This document shows positions 63,229 through 64,000 of a stretch of DNA of 64,000 nt, one piece after another. Under the pieces are notes generated by a model. It searched no databases. It worked only from the letters and a program-made list of their open reading frames with translations, and was not told the origin of the DNA. The stretch's first letter is position 1. Every line of letters starts with the position of its first letter. A program made the position numbers and the translations under genes. The DNA is from Planctomycetota bacterium (lineage in GTDB: Bacteria > Planctomycetota > MHYJ01 > JACPTZ01). The stretch is taken from positions 4,202-68,201 of the forward strand of contig JACPTZ010000132.1 in assembly GCA_016192525.1 (NCBI GenBank), read 5' to 3'.

Positions 63229-63612
63229 CTGGACACGAAGACTCCGTCGCCGAACGCAGAACAAAACCTTACTACGAGAAGAGTTGTGAATCAAGGATTG
63301 CCCGGTTCCGCCCCCGGGGTTCTCCGTCGAGACCCGAGTGAGTCGAATCGGGACGATGTGGCGCGAAAAGGACGCTAAGTCTCTGCAAGACCGACCTTAC
63401 GTGTCCGTCTTGCAACTTGCGATGTGAACAAGGGTGATCGCGCGCGGGAGACTTCGAACCAGTTCCTCTGTTTCAGCGGCTTCGGCGGTTTCAGTGGCCC
63501 GTTTTCCGTTCGTTCTGTTCCGTGGCCCTTGCGCCTTTTCGTGGCCCTTGAAGACTCGTCATGCAACGCGGCGTCTTGGTTGCGGCCGACGGCCGCGCTG
63601 GGGGGAGAACCG

Positions 63613-64000
63613 CTATCGTGTGGGGGACAGAAGAAGGGCCGCCGTCCGCCGAACGTCGGGAGAGGGATCCTCGATTTCGATCCCGTGGAGCACGGCGACC
63701 GCCCGATCGAGATCGAGGTGGGCCATCGTCGCGGCGAGCCGCTCTCGAACCTGAGGTGATGGATCTGAGCCGAGCGCTCCTTCAAGAATCGCCCACGCCC
63801 GCTCGTCTCCAAGATCCCCCAGCGCCGCCGCCGCGTGGCAGCGGACGGTGACACTGGGATCGGACGTGAGGGCGCGCTCCAGGGCCGGGATGGCCTCGGC
63901 ATCCCGTCGACGGCCGAGGGCCGACGCCGCGAGATAGCGGCCCTCGAAGGTGCGCTCGGCGAGCACGCCCTCGAGCGCCGGGAGAACCCGATCGTCCCGC
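63613..64000 (-). CDS. HEAT-repeat protein, C-terminal part; gene continues off the right edge
   Basis: It has repeated D-x-(D/S)-x-x-VR...AA-x-ALG...A-x-P-x-L units (SDPSVTVRCHAAAALGDLGDERA, SDPSPQVRERLAATMAHL, EDPSPDVRRTAALLL). The frame stays open upstream of the GTG at 63966 to the window edge (RDDRVLPALEGVLAER...). Confidence 0.7.
   Translation of the reverse strand, partial: RDDRVLPALEGVLAERTFEGRYLAASALGRRRDAEAIPALERALTSDPSVTVRCHAAAALGDLGDERAWAILEGALGSDPSPQVRERLAATMAHLDLDRAVAVLHGIEIEDPSPDVRRTAALLLSPTR

Noticed and set aside
63375-63902. A 175-aa minus-strand ORF overlapping the HEAT-repeat gene in another frame.
   Set aside because: The overlapping frame (63613 onward) shows clear HEAT-repeat periodicity, whereas this frame is Arg/Pro/Ser-rich without motifs.

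Overview
Visibly GC-rich bacterial chromosomal window. Every gene from 2.5 kb to the right edge is on the minus strand. The left ~13 kb is ordinary: a WecA/MraY-like fragment, pyrF, a lipoprotein, a vapBC toxin-antitoxin pair with a promoter/operator, DUF4416, a DMT/DUF486 transporter, ybeY, uvrA, a TPR protein, a PF14907-like nucleotidyltransferase and a Hanks-type Ser/Thr kinase with TPR repeats. From ~13.2 to 63.2 kb lies an unusual co-directional locus. It holds a PilZ protein, a sigma-54 enhancer-binding response regulator, and a duplicated two-gene module. Each module is a giant repetitive secreted protein (4,826 aa at 19071-33551; 8,466 aa at 37767-63167) followed by a ~1,150-aa partner protein. 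The partner has a PQQ-like beta-propeller, FN3 domains, a beta-helix, TSP3 repeats and a Gly-rich/Cys/TM/Arg C-terminal sorting-like tail. The giants read as head-to-tail concatenations of 4 and 8 complete modules joined by a conserved junction motif. They also contain a ~7-kb bi-module duplication with a ~2-kb near-identical core, scattered ~45-55-aa GFPxSG...YTG mini-domains, and 11-nt homopolymer tracts that could act as frameshift switches. Candidate sigma-54 promoters precede the 8,466-aa gene and the PilZ gene. Intergenic oddities include a (CAA/CAG)n plus 21-nt VNTR, REP-like hairpin repeats, a 132-nt nested palindrome and a G-quadruplex-type tract. I found no rRNA, tRNA, CRISPR, transposase or integrase. 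All family assignments come from reading motifs by eye; no database search was possible.
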